Shown: positions 1 through 11,900 of the stretch, one piece after another | Position numbering within the stretch: the first letter of the stretch is position 1 | Layout: each line of letters starts with the position of its first letter | NCBI GenBank assembly: GCA_965197585.1 | Contig: OZ240215.1 | Coordinates: forward strand, 416,001 to 480,000 | Direction of reading: 5' to 3' | DNA: 64,000 nt | DNA from: Dehalococcoidia bacterium | Lineage (GTDB): Bacteria; Chloroflexota; Dehalococcoidia; Plut-88900 | The notes under the pieces: model-generated | Databases searched by the model: none | Told to the model about the DNA's origin: nothing | Seen by the model: only the letters and a program-made list of their open reading frames with translations | Translations under genes and position numbers: made by a program

Positions 1-264
1 CGCCCGCACGAGGTTTCCGTGGCCCGAAGACCCAGTCCAAAATGCTCCCAGCTTAATTGGGGTGACCTCAAAGTAAGCCGAGTCCGCCATTTTTTGACCT
101 AGCGATTGCCAGCCGAACATCTCTCGACCAGTGGTGGGGCCATCTGGTCGTTGATTATATCATCATAAATCTATGATGCTTTTAGTTTGAGCTAGCAGCG
201 ACACCCTATTGTTAAGCATATACATCAGCTGATCCCGTTCACATAGAGGGGTGGCATCACCCTC

Positions 265-294
265 TTGACATTATAAGTACTTATGTTCTATATT
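265..294 (+). promoter_or_regulatory. sigma70-like promoter overlapped by a putative LexA (SOS) box
   Basis: TTGACA at 265-270 and TATATT at 289-294. AGTAC-TTAT-GTTCT (276-289) matches the Gram-positive/Chloroflexi GAAC-N4-GTTC SOS box with one mismatch. Confidence 0.55.
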
Positions 295-1441
295 GGAGCC
301 AGGTCTAGACCACTACCCTCAACCACCTTAAGGAGGAACCAAAAACTAGGGAAGCCCACCCGACCCACCCGAGGACTCAACGCCTCAGCCCATCCCAACG
401 GCCCTCGCGCAGGCCCGCGGCACAAGCGAAAGTCGCCATCTCCTCATCCCCACCGGGTCCCGTGCCCCCTTCCCTGACCACTAGGCGATGGAAGACGCCC
501 TGGACCGTACTTAAAAGTCTCCTTACGGAGCATCCCGTCCCATGGAGCGGAACGGGGCGGCCCGTAGCCGAGGTCCGCTCGGCTCTCCGTCCGCTTCCTC
601 AAATAAACTGGGCTGCCGCCGTCTCCCGGCTCCGGGACATCGTCGGCGAACCGGATATCCCGTACTCCTGCGAGGGGAACTGACCCTGGACTTTCCCCTT
701 CCTGCATCCGCCTCTCGCGGACAGCGCAGCCAACCCTGCATCGGAGCCTATGACGGATGACGGACCCGTACGTCCGACCATACTTCCAGGTCTAGGCGGC
801 GGCGGAGACCCGTCCCACGCTCCCGGGACGCCTCCATGCCCGCATTATCTAAATGTAGGGAGCCTAATCCAGCAAGCGTCTTTCATCGCCTTCCCAAAAC
901 CTAACAGACAGAACTGAAACCCCACAATCGAAGATCCGCCTCTGGAGGACTGAAGAAAAGGCCAGTGTGTCACTAATCTATCGACCGAATACATCAGCTT
1001 GCGGCACGGTCTTTTGACGATGTAGACCGAACTCCGGCTTTAGCAAGCTCCAGGATTCCGGGGTCAGTTTTGCTTGCCGACCATTTATACTGGTGCATGT
1101 TTTGGTGACTTTGGAATGGGATCCGGAGTATAGTATGTCTAGGGAACACGCGATGGCCACAGACGCCATGACCATGAGTGTCGCGCTGGCTGCTCCCACG
1201 GCAAGCAACTCTAAATCATCCTACTTCTCCCCAGACGTTTTTAGTCATCGCGCTAGCGCCCACCACATCCCCGTCCTCCTTTCTCGACACTTTCATCTTG
1301 GGTTATCTACAATGTGTATAAAGGCAGTCTAGCTTCAAGGATTGAGGTTGGACGCTTGGCTGGGCGCTAGTCAACGGCCATATAGGGGACTCAAAGGATA
1401 AAAGGCTGAATATAACTGACAAAAAGATCAATCCCGCGCTG

Positions 1442-1466
1442 AGCCTACCGTCCGTAGTAGGCTTTT
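1442..1466 (+). terminator. intrinsic terminator-like hairpin
   Basis: AGCCTAC-N8-GTAGGCT followed by TTT. Confidence 0.45.
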
Positions 1467-1635
1467 CTAGTCTGAGAACGCTCTTGTTACCTTATGATGC
1501 GTACGTTGGCCCAACTTCAAGAACGATTGGAGGATGGAAAGCGGCGATGACGTTGAGCGACGCTCTAGCAACGAATCAAACCGACAGAGCTTCTCGCTCC
1601 GCCGCCCGGGGCTGCCTCAGATTGAAGGGTGCGCC

Positions 1636-4113
1636 ATGAGCAAGATACTCGATAAGTTGAGCTGGCTGATCACGGCCCGCCCATACATCACGCTTCTAGT
1701 TATCCTGATCATCACCGTTCTGCTAGCCGCGGGAGCGACGCGGCGCGCACCGCCACCGGAGCCCACGGCGACGCTTCCTGATGGGAGCGCCATCACCGAA
1801 GCGATGGCCGAAATAGATAACCTCTTCGGAGACTCCGGGGAGACCAGTGTTGTAACGCTGCTCTTCCGGGGGCAGCCGTTCACGCCCAACGGGCTTTCGC
1901 AGATGGCAGCTCTTATCAATGACATCGCCAGCGACCCGAGCGTGGAAGTGTTGCTGACGCGAACAGATCCGATCGTCGCGCCGTCGTCACTGATCAGCGT
2001 ACTGCTTCAGGTAGACACCTTCGAGTCGGTCACGCAGGCGAAAATCGACTCAGCTCCCAGCCCCTCGGAGATCAAGGAAGCGCTCGCCGCGTTGACTGGG
2101 ACTGACGAGGACGGCACTCGGGTCGCGATCGCAACCATTCGCCTGCGCGATACGGGCGACGAACGTATTGAAGACGCCGAACGTAGAATCAGCGGGCTCG
2201 CGGCCGTGAGCGAAGGCCCGCTGCGCGTGAGCAGCATCTCACCCGTGGTGATTGAGGATGAGTACAAGAAGGCAACGGAGGAGGGAATGCTGCCGCTGAT
2301 AGGGCTGGCACTCCTTCTCATCCTGGCGCTGATCCTGCTCTTCATGCGCACCCTTTCAGACCTTCTTCTCACGCTGGCGGGGCTGCTTATTTCGCTGATC
2401 TGGATTATCGGGGCGGAGGGCTGGCTGGGGCCGAACGCACTGGGTCTTACCGGACCTCCCAACTCCCTCACGACGTTGGTCCCGATCATCGTGATCAGCC
2501 TCACCGTAGACTATGCCATCCAGATCGTCTCTCACTACCGCGAACAACGGACTGCGGGCTTGCCGGTGTTGGTGGCCGTTCGCGCGGGAATGCGAAACGT
2601 TACCGTACCGATAACGCTGGCAGCCGTCACTACGATCGCGAGCTTTTTGGCAAGCCTGTTCTCCCCGGTCGGAATAATTGGGGACTTCGGCATCATCGCG
2701 GGGCTGGGTGTGGGGATGAGCCTGATCTTGATGCTGACGCTGGTCCCGGCAGGCCGGACTATCATCGACCGGCGGCTCGAGTCCCGCGGTAAGTTGTCGC
2801 CGCCCCGCCCAATATCGCAGGCGTTGCCCGGTGTCGGGCGGGTGGCAGAGCTGCTGGGAAGGAGCGTCACGCGTAGGCCTGTCCCCTACTTCCTCGTGGT
2901 CATAGCGGTGACGATAGGTCTCGGAATTGCGGCCACGGGGCTCAAGTCGGAATTCAGCATCCGCGACATTCTGCCGAGAGGTGGGGACTTGCTGCAGGAT
3001 ATGAACACCCTCGATGAGGCTGTAGGTGGAACAACGGAAATAGCCAGCGTAATCGTTAAGGCAGAGATCACGGAGACCCGTACGCTTGTAAACCTGCAAG
3101 ATCTGACGGCCGCCTTCCAGGATGTGCAGCGCCGACCGAGCGCAGCAGCGGGACCGATTCAGACATCGTACGATTTGCTCGTACAGAATTGGACCAATGA
3201 TAGTGGGGAACCCGGCGACAAGTATGATCAAGAGCTCGAGGCACTCTTCCAGGAAGCCTCTGCGGGTGTGAGACTCGATCCAGGGCTGATCCAGGAGTTT
3301 ATCGACAAACTCGAAGCGAAGGACCCTACGGCAGCGCACCTTCTGTTCAACGATTCCGAGGGCATCGACGCAATGCTGCTCCAGTTCCCAACCTATTCGG
3401 ACGATCCCTCTCGAACCAAGGTGCTCCAGGAAGAAATAGAGGCACTCTGGTTCGGTGACGACGACGCCATCACAGCGACTTCGGTGGCAATCATCTCGAT
3501 CACGATTACCGATGCGATCACAGAAGGGCAGACAGAGGCAATCGGGTCCACCGTACTGGTGGCGCTAGCCGTTCTCGGCATCTTCTTCTGGGTCACGGTA
3601 CGGCAGCCTGCACTGGCGATAATCGCGGTAGGGCCGATAGTGCTCGTCGTCATTTGGGTGCTGGGTACGATGGCGCTGCTGGGCATTCCCTACACGCTAA
3701 TTACCTCGATCATCACAGCGCTCTCAATTGGGATCGGCGTGGACTACACAATCCATATCATTTATCGCTACCGTGAGGAGTACTCCCACGAGCGCGACCC
3801 GGAGAAAGCGGCGATTCGGACGCTTTCTACCATCGGATCGGCGCTATTGGGCTCTGCGATGACCACGGCGCTCGGGCTGGGAGTCCTGGTGGCCTCGCCT
3901 CTGGCTGCGTCCCAGCAGTTCGGCATCACGGCGGCGCTAACTATCGCCTATTCGCTGATAGTGTCCATCCTGGTGGTGCCACCGGCGATGACAGTGTGGG
4001 GCGCTTACCAGAATATGAGGCTGCGCTCGAATATGCAGCGCTGGGCGGATGAGCTCGACGTAACGATCGATGCCGTGCACCGACGCCACGGGGAGGAGCA
4101 GGACTCGCCGTAG
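1636..4113 (+). CDS. MMPL/RND family membrane transporter
   Basis: Two repeats of (1 TM + large loop + 5 TM), with SLTVDYAIQI and GIGVDYTIHI motifs. Start placed at the ATG of MSKILDK (1636), downstream of GAAGGG. Confidence 0.9.
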   Translation: MSKILDKLSWLITARPYITLLVILIITVLLAAGATRRAPPPEPTATLPDGSAITEAMAEIDNLFGDSGETSVVTLLFRGQPFTPNGLSQMAALINDIASDPSVEVLLTRTDPIVAPSSLISVLLQVDTFESVTQAKIDSAPSPSEIKEALAALTGTDEDGTRVAIATIRLRDTGDERIEDAERRISGLAAVSEGPLRVSSISPVVIEDEYKKATEEGMLPLIGLALLLILALILLFMRTLSDLLLTLAGLLISLIWIIGAEGWLGPNALGLTGPPNSLTTLVPIIVISLTVDYAIQIVSHYREQRTAGLPVLVAVRAGMRNVTVPITLAAVTTIASFLASLFSPVGIIGDFGIIAGLGVGMSLILMLTLVPAGRTIIDRRLESRGKLSPPRPISQALPGVGRVAELLGRSVTRRPVPYFLVVIAVTIGLGIAATGLKSEFSIRDILPRGGDLLQDMNTLDEAVGGTTEIASVIVKAEITETRTLVNLQDLTAAFQDVQRRPSAAAGPIQTSYDLLVQNWTNDSGEPGDKYDQELEALFQEASAGVRLDPGLIQEFIDKLEAKDPTAAHLLFNDSEGIDAMLLQFPTYSDDPSRTKVLQEEIEALWFGDDDAITATSVAIISITITDAITEGQTEAIGSTVLVALAVLGIFFWVTVRQPALAIIAVGPIVLVVIWVLGTMALLGIPYTLITSIITALSIGIGVDYTIHIIYRYREEYSHERDPEKAAIRTLSTIGSALLGSAMTTALGLGVLVASPLAASQQFGITAALTIAYSLIVSILVVPPAMTVWGAYQNMRLRSNMQRWADELDVTIDAVHRRHGEEQDSP

Positions 4114-4285
4114 GCGGCAAGTGGAGGAGAGGGTTGCAGGCCGGCTACCTTCACGTGTGGCCAGCCCTTGGTGCCGGAATGGACGTCCTCAAGCTCTCCA
4201 AGGTGTCTGGTTGTCATAAAACGCTGGTGAGTGGCTCACTGCCGCCGTGGATGTGGTGGAGAGGGGGTTGAGGGGCTAGGGCGCG

Positions 4286-5610
4286 TCAGGCGGGTAACTC
4301 TCGCCTCTGCTCGGCAATGAGGAACTTCAGCTTCTTGCTCGGCTTCATCGAAGGCAGCGGGTTGAACCGTAGCTTGAAGTTTTCCGGGGACACCTTGAGG
4401 GTGAAGTAATGTGCGACCATAAGCACATTGACGGCAAGCTGAAGTTCCATCCACCGGAAGCCCAGACAAGTGTGCGTACCCAGCCCGTACGGAGCGTACC
4501 CGGGACTGCGGTGCTCATTGCGCGGAGGCAGATAGCGGTCGATATCGAATTTGAAGGGGTCGGGAAATACGTCGCTCATGTAATGAGCGGCCGTCTGGGC
4601 AATGACGACCTTTGATCCCACCGGCAACTCGTAGTCCTCGACCACACACGAATTCATCACGTGCCGCATGGACATCGTGACGATGGGGTACATGCGGAGG
4701 CATTCCATCAGGAATCGGTGAGTGACGTCGATTGAATAGGGGTGAAGTCCTCGCCATCCGGGTCGCCGTTGCCGAACAGGGCGTCGGCTTCAGCTTGGAT
4801 CTTCGCGTATATCTCCGGCTGCGACGCCTGGCGTACAAGGCGAAGCTAAAGGCATCGCCAAGGTATGCACTGGCCACCAGCACTGCAGTGAAGGCGAATC
4901 GCAGGTTCGATTCGGGTACAAATTGCGGATTGCTCGCGTGCAGGCTTAGGTAGTCGTCCACCAGGTTTCGGTGTGCTCCGGCTCGCTGGGCGGGGGTATG
5001 TACACTCTGGATTCTTTCAAGCAACGTTGCGATGTTTTTCGCGCGGCGCCTCATGCCGGGGGTTTTCAGCATGAACTTGGGCAGTACCTTCATGATGTGA
5101 ACGCTCAGTGTCCGTTCCTTGAACTTCAGCAGGTCGTCGATGATGTCCTGGGTCTCAACGCCGACCATGAGGGGTGAGATTTGAGCGTTTATCATTCGCC
5201 TGCTCATGCCCGTCGCAGGGTAGGAGTCCCCAACCTTCCAATGCGCCATATGCTTCCGCGCACGATCATAGAGTTCGTCCAATTGCTCCGCTAGTCTCTT
5301 GCGGGAATAGGCCGCCGACAAGGACTTGCGGAGCCGGAAATGATCGGCGCCATCCAGGGCAGGCAACACTCCAGTTGCACCATAAACTTTCTCGAAGTCG
5401 GCAAAATAGTCCCTGGCTCTCAGGTACATGCGCCCGCGCCGATGGACCCAGTGATTTGTCTACGGGCCGCCCAGGAATATCATCGGCTTGGCAAAGGGAG
5501 GGCTGATCTGCAACACCGGGCCATACTCTTGTGCAAGGTCCGCGAAGAGCGCCGGAATGTTGCCTTTGCGGAGGTGTGGATTAAACAGCAACTTGCGCAG
5601 GGAGACAGTC
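4286..5610 (-). pseudogene. cytochrome P450 pseudogene (5'-truncated, internal stop, frameshifts)
   Basis: ExxR (ECLR), FDIDRY and heme motif YGLGTHTCLG in 4286-4708. The middle is in another frame (4515-5429). The N-terminal part ...FLGGP*TNHW has a TAG near 5460 and no start codon. Confidence 0.85.
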
Positions 5611-5611
5611 G

Positions 5612-6616
5612 GAAGGCTGGTACTTCGTAGCCAGCCGTAAGGCTGTACTGAAGGCCAAGCTCATCCAAAAGACTTGGATGGGGGAGAACATCGTCGTCTG
5701 GTGTGACGACAACGGGCGAGTCTGTGTCGCCAAGGCCGTTTGCCCTCACCTGGGCTCCGATCTGGGGCCTACCGCAGGGGGACGCATATGTGGTGGACGG
5801 CTTGTCTGCCCCTTCCACGGCTTTGAGTTCGATGCAACCGGCCAGTGCGTAGCCACTCCCTTTGCCCCTCCACCAAGGTCCGCCAGGTTGCGAGTCTTCG
5901 AAACACAGGGAATTAGCGACCTGATATTCGCCTAGTGGGGAATCCGGGGACGAGTGCCGCAATGGAGCCTGCCCGCCGCGCCGCCCGATCAGGGTTGGAG
6001 CGACCACGAAATCAAGGCCATTCGCTTTCCAGGCCATCCTCAAGAAACAACGGAGAACTCAGTGGATTTGGGCCACCTGCGTTACATCCACGGCTACGAC
6101 AGTGTGAACCGCAGCAAGCCAATAGCTGCGGACGGGCCGTGTCTCGAAAGCCGCTTCGACTTCAGGTCAACCCGGAAGATCGCCAGAACCGCGACCCTCA
6201 CCTTTGACTTCTCGACCAATACCCGTGTCTTTTGACTGGGCTACTCGTTCGTGGATATCCGCGAGTGCTCTATCGGCATGGATATGCGTCTGTGGGTACT
6301 GGCTACGCCTGTAGACGGCATCCTAATAGATTTGTCGCTGGTCTCGCAGGTGCGGGAGATACGCAACCCGAGACGATGGATTGCAGGCCTGAGGTTTCTC
6401 CCACTGAGGCTGCGTGCGCCTATCATGAATAAGTTCATGGCATCTCAGCAACATAAGGATGTAATGCAGGATGTGGTCATTTGGAGCCGTAAACGGTATC
6501 AACCCAACCCGCTCCTCTGCAGTTCAGATGGCGAAATCATGACCTATCGCGCCTATTGTGCCCAATTCTATCCCGGTTGCAGATCGTCAGCGAAAATGGG
6601 AGACCAGAGGGGGTAG
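5612..6616 (+). pseudogene. Rieske non-heme iron oxygenase (KshA/sterol desaturase-like) pseudogene
   Basis: One frame: EGWYFVA, CPHLG...CPFHG Rieske motif, ENSVDLGHLRYIH iron site, QDVVIW. Interrupted by TAG (5933-5935) and TGA (6233-6235); no start codon. Confidence 0.85.
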
Positions 6617-6652
6617 AAAAACCCGAGAGATTTGAGGCAAGGTGTGGATGCC

Positions 6653-8041
6653 CTACGCGTAGCTCTTTTGAGGCTGCGCTTGCTGACGGGTGAAACTCCA
6701 GGGCATGCGTTTGAAATGGCGGCCCAGGCCCCGCTCAATCTCCCGCCACTTCCGCTCTTCATCCGAAGTGATTAGCGTCACCGCCTCGCCGGAGCGGCCC
6801 ATTCGGCCGGTTCGGCCGACCCGGTGTGTGAAGAGCAGCTTTGTGTCCGGCAGATCATAGTTGATGACCTGTTCGATGCCTTCGACGTCAAGACCTCTGG
6901 CCGCTACATTCGTTGCAACCAGGATTGGGCTGACGCCGGAGCGGAAGTCCTTCATCACGCGCTCACGGGCGTTTTGGCTGAGGTTACCTTGCAGCGCTCC
7001 CACCGGATAACCCAAGCCGTTGAGTTGTTTGGCCAGCTTCTTGACGCCGTGCTTGGTCTTTCCGAAGACAATGACCAGAGAGCCGCGCCGTTCATTCAGC
7101 AGGTCTTGGAGTACCTCTATCTTGTCGCTCTTGCGTATGGTGTAAACGAGATGGTCCACCGTAGGCAGGGATTGCAAGTCTGAGTCTACCTCGACTGTTA
7201 CGGGGGCTTTCAGGTGCTTGGCAGCGGTCTTGGCAACCCACTCGGGCATCGTGGCAGACATGAGCGCGGTCTGGCGTTCCGAGGGCGTCTTTGCAAGGAT
7301 TGCCTCGACATCGCGGGCGAAGCCTCTGTCCAACATCTCGTCGGCCTCATCCAGCACCATGAACCGCACAGACCGCAGGTCGAGGGTGCCTTGGCGTACA
7401 TGGTCGAGGGTCCGGCCCGGCGTGCCAATGATGATGTGGGCGCCGTTCTTCAACGCTGTGTACTCCGGCCTTAGAGACCTGCCGCCGTACAGTAACGTGA
7501 CGCGGAGGCGCTGCGTCGATGCCAGGGCTGCTGTGACTTGGGCCACCTGAATGGCCAGCTCCCGCGTGGGGACCAGCACAAGCGCCTGAATCTTGCGGAC
7601 TGATGGGTTGCACTGCTCCACCATAGGAACTGCGAACGCAAGAGTCTTGCCGGACCCGGTGCGTGCCTGGCCTATCAGGTCGCGTCCCTCAAGCAGGTGC
7701 GGGATCGACTTCTCCTGTATGGGCGTGGGTTCGGATATGTCCATCCGTGCAATCGCCCGCCTGGTAGCGGCCTTCAGGGCCATTCCGGGAAATACGGCAT
7801 CCACGGCGGTAGCGATATCATCGCAGGATTCATACTCCGTCACTGGTTCGTTCACGCGCGTCTTGGCCGCGGCCCGTGGGGAGCGACGACGGAATTGGAG
7901 GCAAGGGTTGCAGTACACCGGCCTGTCGGGCCGAGGCTGGAAGGGGACGGATGTGGATGCGTTACAGTCGGTGCAAACTGCCTGGTAGCGTATCGTATGG
8001 TCGGGTTTGCGGGCGCGGGTGGTCATGGATGTGGATGGCAT
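6653..8041 (-). CDS. DEAD-box RNA helicase with N-terminal CxxC-x17-CxxC zinc ribbon
   Basis: PTPIQ, ARTGSGKT, PTRELA, DEAD, SAT, ARGLD and HRVGRTGR motifs; N-terminal CTDC...CNPC. Start moved to ATG 8041, after AGAGGT. Confidence 0.92.
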   Translation of the reverse strand: MPSTSMTTRARKPDHTIRYQAVCTDCNASTSVPFQPRPDRPVYCNPCLQFRRRSPRAAAKTRVNEPVTEYESCDDIATAVDAVFPGMALKAATRRAIARMDISEPTPIQEKSIPHLLEGRDLIGQARTGSGKTLAFAVPMVEQCNPSVRKIQALVLVPTRELAIQVAQVTAALASTQRLRVTLLYGGRSLRPEYTALKNGAHIIIGTPGRTLDHVRQGTLDLRSVRFMVLDEADEMLDRGFARDVEAILAKTPSERQTALMSATMPEWVAKTAAKHLKAPVTVEVDSDLQSLPTVDHLVYTIRKSDKIEVLQDLLNERRGSLVIVFGKTKHGVKKLAKQLNGLGYPVGALQGNLSQNARERVMKDFRSGVSPILVATNVAARGLDVEGIEQVINYDLPDTKLLFTHRVGRTGRMGRSGEAVTLITSDEERKWREIERGLGRHFKRMPWSFTRQQAQPQKSYA

Positions 8042-8245
8042 GCGGGAATAAAGTACCTCTTCTTGGTGGGTTGAAATAATGAGCCGACGCTGGTTGGGGA
8101 AAACTATACAATGGGGCAGATGATAGCCCACTTCCGAATAAGACGGGGTGCGCCGGTCAAATGCGTTGCCATATTGTAACAGAAATTCAGTGTCCGGTTC
8201 CTGGGCGGCTTGCGCCGCCACAAATCGCCGGCATTTCGGGGCCAC

Positions 8246-10108
8246 CTAGTCTCGAGCCCGGGCTCCGTCGCGGCGCTTGCGCTTGCGGTCCACGGAGGAG
8301 AGTTCCATCTTGCGTAACCGCAAGTTCTGGGGAGTGACCTCCACGAACTCGTCATCTGCAGTGAACGCCAGCGCTTCCTCAAGACTCATGTTCACGGTGG
8401 CCTTCAGGCGCTTCGTTATGTCGGCCGTTGAAGAACGCATGTTGGTCAGCTTCTTCTCCTTGCAGACGTTGATCTCAATGTCGTCACCGCGGGAATTGGA
8501 GCCTACGATCATGCCAGCATAGACCTTAGTGCCGGGGTCAATGAACGTGTCTCCCCTTCCCTGGGCGATGAGCAGACCATAGGTGACGGCAACGCCGCCC
8601 TCGGATGCGACAAGTACGCCGCTGCGCTGCGTCTGAATTTCCCCTTCCATCGGTTCGTACGACGTAAAGATGCTGCTCATCACCCCGTCGCCCCGCGTTG
8701 CGCGGAGAAAGAAAGCGTTGAATCCGATGAGTCCTCGGGTGGGAATCTTGTACTCCAGATAGACGTAACCGTCCTCGGCGTAGCGTATGTCCCTGAGCTG
8801 GCCCAAGTTGGCGGAAATGTGTTTAGTCAGCACGCCCACGTACTCTTCGTGGGTGGTGATATTCAATAGTTCCCAAGGCTCGTGTACCTTGCCTGCGATG
8901 ATCTTGGTGACTGGAGCGGGACGAGACACTTGGAATTCGAACTGCTCACGGCGCATGGTCTCGACCAGGATGGACAGGTGTAACTCTCCCCGTCCGGAGA
9001 CCACGAATACGTCGGGGCTGGAGGTGGTTTCCACCCGCATGCTTATGTTGGTCCGCAGCTCTCTCATCAGCCGAGCGTAGAGTTGGCGGGAGGTACAGTG
9101 TTCTCCTTCTATGCCCATGAAAGGTGAAGTGCTGACGCCAAAGGTCATGCGTACTGTCGGTTCGTTGATGTCTATGGTAGGTAGGGCTTGCGGGTTTTCA
9201 AGACAGGCGAGCGTGTCGCCTATGGACACGCCTTCGGGGCCGGTGACCGCAACGATGTCGCCGGCATGGGATTCGGAAACTTCAACCCGCTCCATTCCAC
9301 GAAACACGAATATGCGCTCCACAACGTGGGAGACGGGCTCGGTGTTGCGTCCCAGCAGGGCCACGTGATCGCGCAGTCTGAGCGTACCGTTGGTAATCCG
9401 TCCGACAGCAACTTGCCCGAGATAGCTGTCGTAATCGAGAGCCGCAACAAGCATTTGCAGTGGGGCGCTGCTGTCCCCGCTCGGTGGGGGCACAGAACTA
9501 AGGATGGCTTCAAAGAGAGGTTGCATGTCCAAACCGGGCTGGTCCAGGCTCGTTGTGGCGTAACCGTCCCGTGCAGACACGTATAGTACGGGGAAATCCA
9601 GTTGCTCCGCGTTGGTTGCCACCTCCAAGAACAGGTCCTGGACCATGTCTACCACCTCAGCTGCCCGGGCCTCGGGTCGGTCTATCTTGTTGATGACCAC
9701 CATGGGGGTGACGTTTTGCTTGAGGGCTTGGCGAAGCACGTAAGTGGTCTGGGGCATGGGGCCGTCTACGGCGTCTACGAGCAACAGACAGCCGTCGGCC
9801 ATGTTCATGACACGCTCCACCTCGCCGCCGAAGTCTGCATGGCCCGGCGTGTCGATGATGTTGATCCTGATGCCCTCGTATGAGACTGAAGCGTTCTTGG
9901 CCAGAATCGTGATGCCGCGCTCTCGCTCCAGTTCGTTGGTGTCCATAATCAAGGTACCTACCTGCTGGTGGGCGCGGAAGACCTGGCCTTGTTTTAGCAG
10001 TGCGTCGACCAGGGTAGTCTTGCCGTGGTCGACGTGGGCTATGATGGCCAGATTACGGATATCGCTGTTCTGATGGTCACTCAAATTTATTACCTCAGGG
10101 ACTGTCAT
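8246..10108 (-). CDS. typA: translational GTPase TypA/BipA
   Basis: [41 protein letters not shown] and C-terminal [11 protein letters not shown]. Confidence 0.97.
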   Translation of the reverse strand: MTVPEVINLSDHQNSDIRNLAIIAHVDHGKTTLVDALLKQGQVFRAHQQVGTLIMDTNELERERGITILAKNASVSYEGIRINIIDTPGHADFGGEVERVMNMADGCLLLVDAVDGPMPQTTYVLRQALKQNVTPMVVINKIDRPEARAAEVVDMVQDLFLEVATNAEQLDFPVLYVSARDGYATTSLDQPGLDMQPLFEAILSSVPPPSGDSSAPLQMLVAALDYDSYLGQVAVGRITNGTLRLRDHVALLGRNTEPVSHVVERIFVFRGMERVEVSESHAGDIVAVTGPEGVSIGDTLACLENPQALPTIDINEPTVRMTFGVSTSPFMGIEGEHCTSRQLYARLMRELRTNISMRVETTSSPDVFVVSGRGELHLSILVETMRREQFEFQVSRPAPVTKIIAGKVHEPWELLNITTHEEYVGVLTKHISANLGQLRDIRYAEDGYVYLEYKIPTRGLIGFNAFFLRATRGDGVMSSIFTSYEPMEGEIQTQRSGVLVASEGGVAVTYGLLIAQGRGDTFIDPGTKVYAGMIVGSNSRGDDIEINVCKEKKLTNMRSSTADITKRLKATVNMSLEEALAFTADDEFVEVTPQNLRLRKMELSSVDRKRKRRDGARARD

Positions 10109-10688
10109 AGAGCATTCTTCAACTGGAAATTGTAGTACAGTTTTGCCTAGGCCGCCCCGGATGGAGACGACCCTTTGCGTCGGATGGGTTGTGAGCGGGC
10201 CGTAGGCTTGATCGTTAACCTCGCAGGAACCTTCGTCTCGAGCGGCGCGCGACGAGCCGTAGGACCAACGTCGAACTCGTATGCCCCCAGCACCTTGAAC
10301 TATAGGGAGATCCGTGTGCGCCGGTCCAAGTTGTGCTCGGCCCGATCCCGGCGCAGTACCTCCATCAAGTCGTAGGTGCGTGCGAAACAGGCCGTTGACC
10401 CTTTTCGATGGCTCGAAGGACCGTCATTCTCTACTCACTACCCACGTCAGGGGACAGTCCTATTGGGAGCGTGGACAACGCTGAGGTCGCAGTGAATGGG
10501 CGAGTAATGAGAACAATGCGTGGTACCCTCGGCGAGAGCCATAATAGAGTTTCAAGGGCGTTCATAACGGTCCAAAACAGCGTACTTATGTCCTATTTTA
10601 GCTATTAGACTTAGTGTCATGTGGTGTTTTGACGTTTCATGAGGTTTCGGGTATTATCACTTATATAGTGATAACAGAAGGGGTAAAC

Positions 10689-11900
10689 ATGGAACGGCCA
10701 AGGACCTTATCGGCTGCATTCGTCAAGACAGTCAAGGCGCCTGGGAGGTATGGGGATGGTAGGGGGGGACATGGACTTACACTATTGGTCAAAGAATCCT
10801 CAACGGGCCGCTATTCAAAGTCATGGGCGCAACGTCTGAGGATCAATGGAGAACCTTTCAACGTCGGACTCGGCAGCTATCCGATTGTGACACTGAAGGA
10901 AGCGCGGGACAAGGCCCTTGAAAACCGACGTGCGGTTGAACAGGGCAAGGACCCGCGGGTCAAGAAATCGTCTATACCCACCTTCGCTGACGCCGCCGAG
11001 ATCGTTATCGGGTTTCATGCCAAGGGCTGGAAAGACGGGCGGCATGAGTCGAATTGGCGTCGCAGTCTGTCACAGTACGCCTATCCGCCCCTAGGGGCCA
11101 AGTTAGTATCCGAGATCACCTCACTGGACGTCATGGCCCTTCTCGTTCCGATCTGGAATGAAAAGCGGGAGACGGCTAGGAAGCTGAGGCAACGCATTGG
11201 AGCAGTGATGAAATGGGCAGTCGCACAGGGTTACAGAGCCGACAACCCAGCCGGTGACGCTATCGGAGCCGCTTTACCAAAGAACGGCCATGTCACCCAA
11301 CATCAAAGAGCATTGCCCCATGAGGAAGTCTGCGGCGCATTAGAGACCATAAGGCAGTCCGGGGCATGGGATGGAACGAAACTGGCCTTTGAATTCCTGA
11401 CTCTGACCGCTGCCAGGTCAGGGGAGGGAAGGCTTGCCAAGTGGCCTGAATTAGACCTGGAGACGCAAGTCTGGACAATTCCGGCTTCCAGGATGAAGCG
11501 GCAACGAGAGCACCGCGTACCGCTTTCAAATCAGGCCATGGAAGTGCTACGGCGGGCACATAGATTGAACGATGCTGACGGACTGGTATTCCCGTCAATC
11601 ACCGGTAAAGCGCTCACGGATTCGACCATCTCCAAGCTACTCCGAGAAAACAACATCGGGTGTGTTCCCCACGGCATGAGGTCTAGCTTCCGGGTATGGG
11701 CCGCCGAACGCACGGATGCGCCCCGAGAGATAGCCGAAATGTGTTTAGCCCACGTGGAGGGTAGTGCAGTGGAACTGGCTTATCGTAGGACAGATTACTT
11801 TATGGCCCGCCGAGCACTGATGCAGCAGTGGGCAGACTTTATTTCACCGTCAACTCAACTCTGGTCTACTCAGTCCCATTCACCCTCTCAAAGAGAGTAG
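10689..11900 (+). CDS. P4-family tyrosine integrase with Arm DNA-binding domain
   Basis: PGRYGDGRGGHGL arm domain; catalytic R (TAARSGE), K (RMK), HGMR, LAH and AYRR. Confidence 0.93.
   Translation: MERPRTLSAAFVKTVKAPGRYGDGRGGHGLTLLVKESSTGRYSKSWAQRLRINGEPFNVGLGSYPIVTLKEARDKALENRRAVEQGKDPRVKKSSIPTFADAAEIVIGFHAKGWKDGRHESNWRRSLSQYAYPPLGAKLVSEITSLDVMALLVPIWNEKRETARKLRQRIGAVMKWAVAQGYRADNPAGDAIGAALPKNGHVTQHQRALPHEEVCGALETIRQSGAWDGTKLAFEFLTLTAARSGEGRLAKWPELDLETQVWTIPASRMKRQREHRVPLSNQAMEVLRRAHRLNDADGLVFPSITGKALTDSTISKLLRENNIGCVPHGMRSSFRVWAAERTDAPREIAEMCLAHVEGSAVELAYRRTDYFMARRALMQQWADFISPSTQLWSTQSHSPSQRE

Noticed and set aside
1380-1466. Fluoride riboswitch before the MMPL gene
   Set aside because: Only the 3' CCTACC resembles it; the GGxGATGG...CC 5' core is missing.
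4248-4272. Possible tRNA-Ser 3'-end duplicate (reverse complement ...CCCCCTCTCCACCA)
   Set aside because: Short, low-complexity, inverted relative to the tRNA, and lacks the T-loop.
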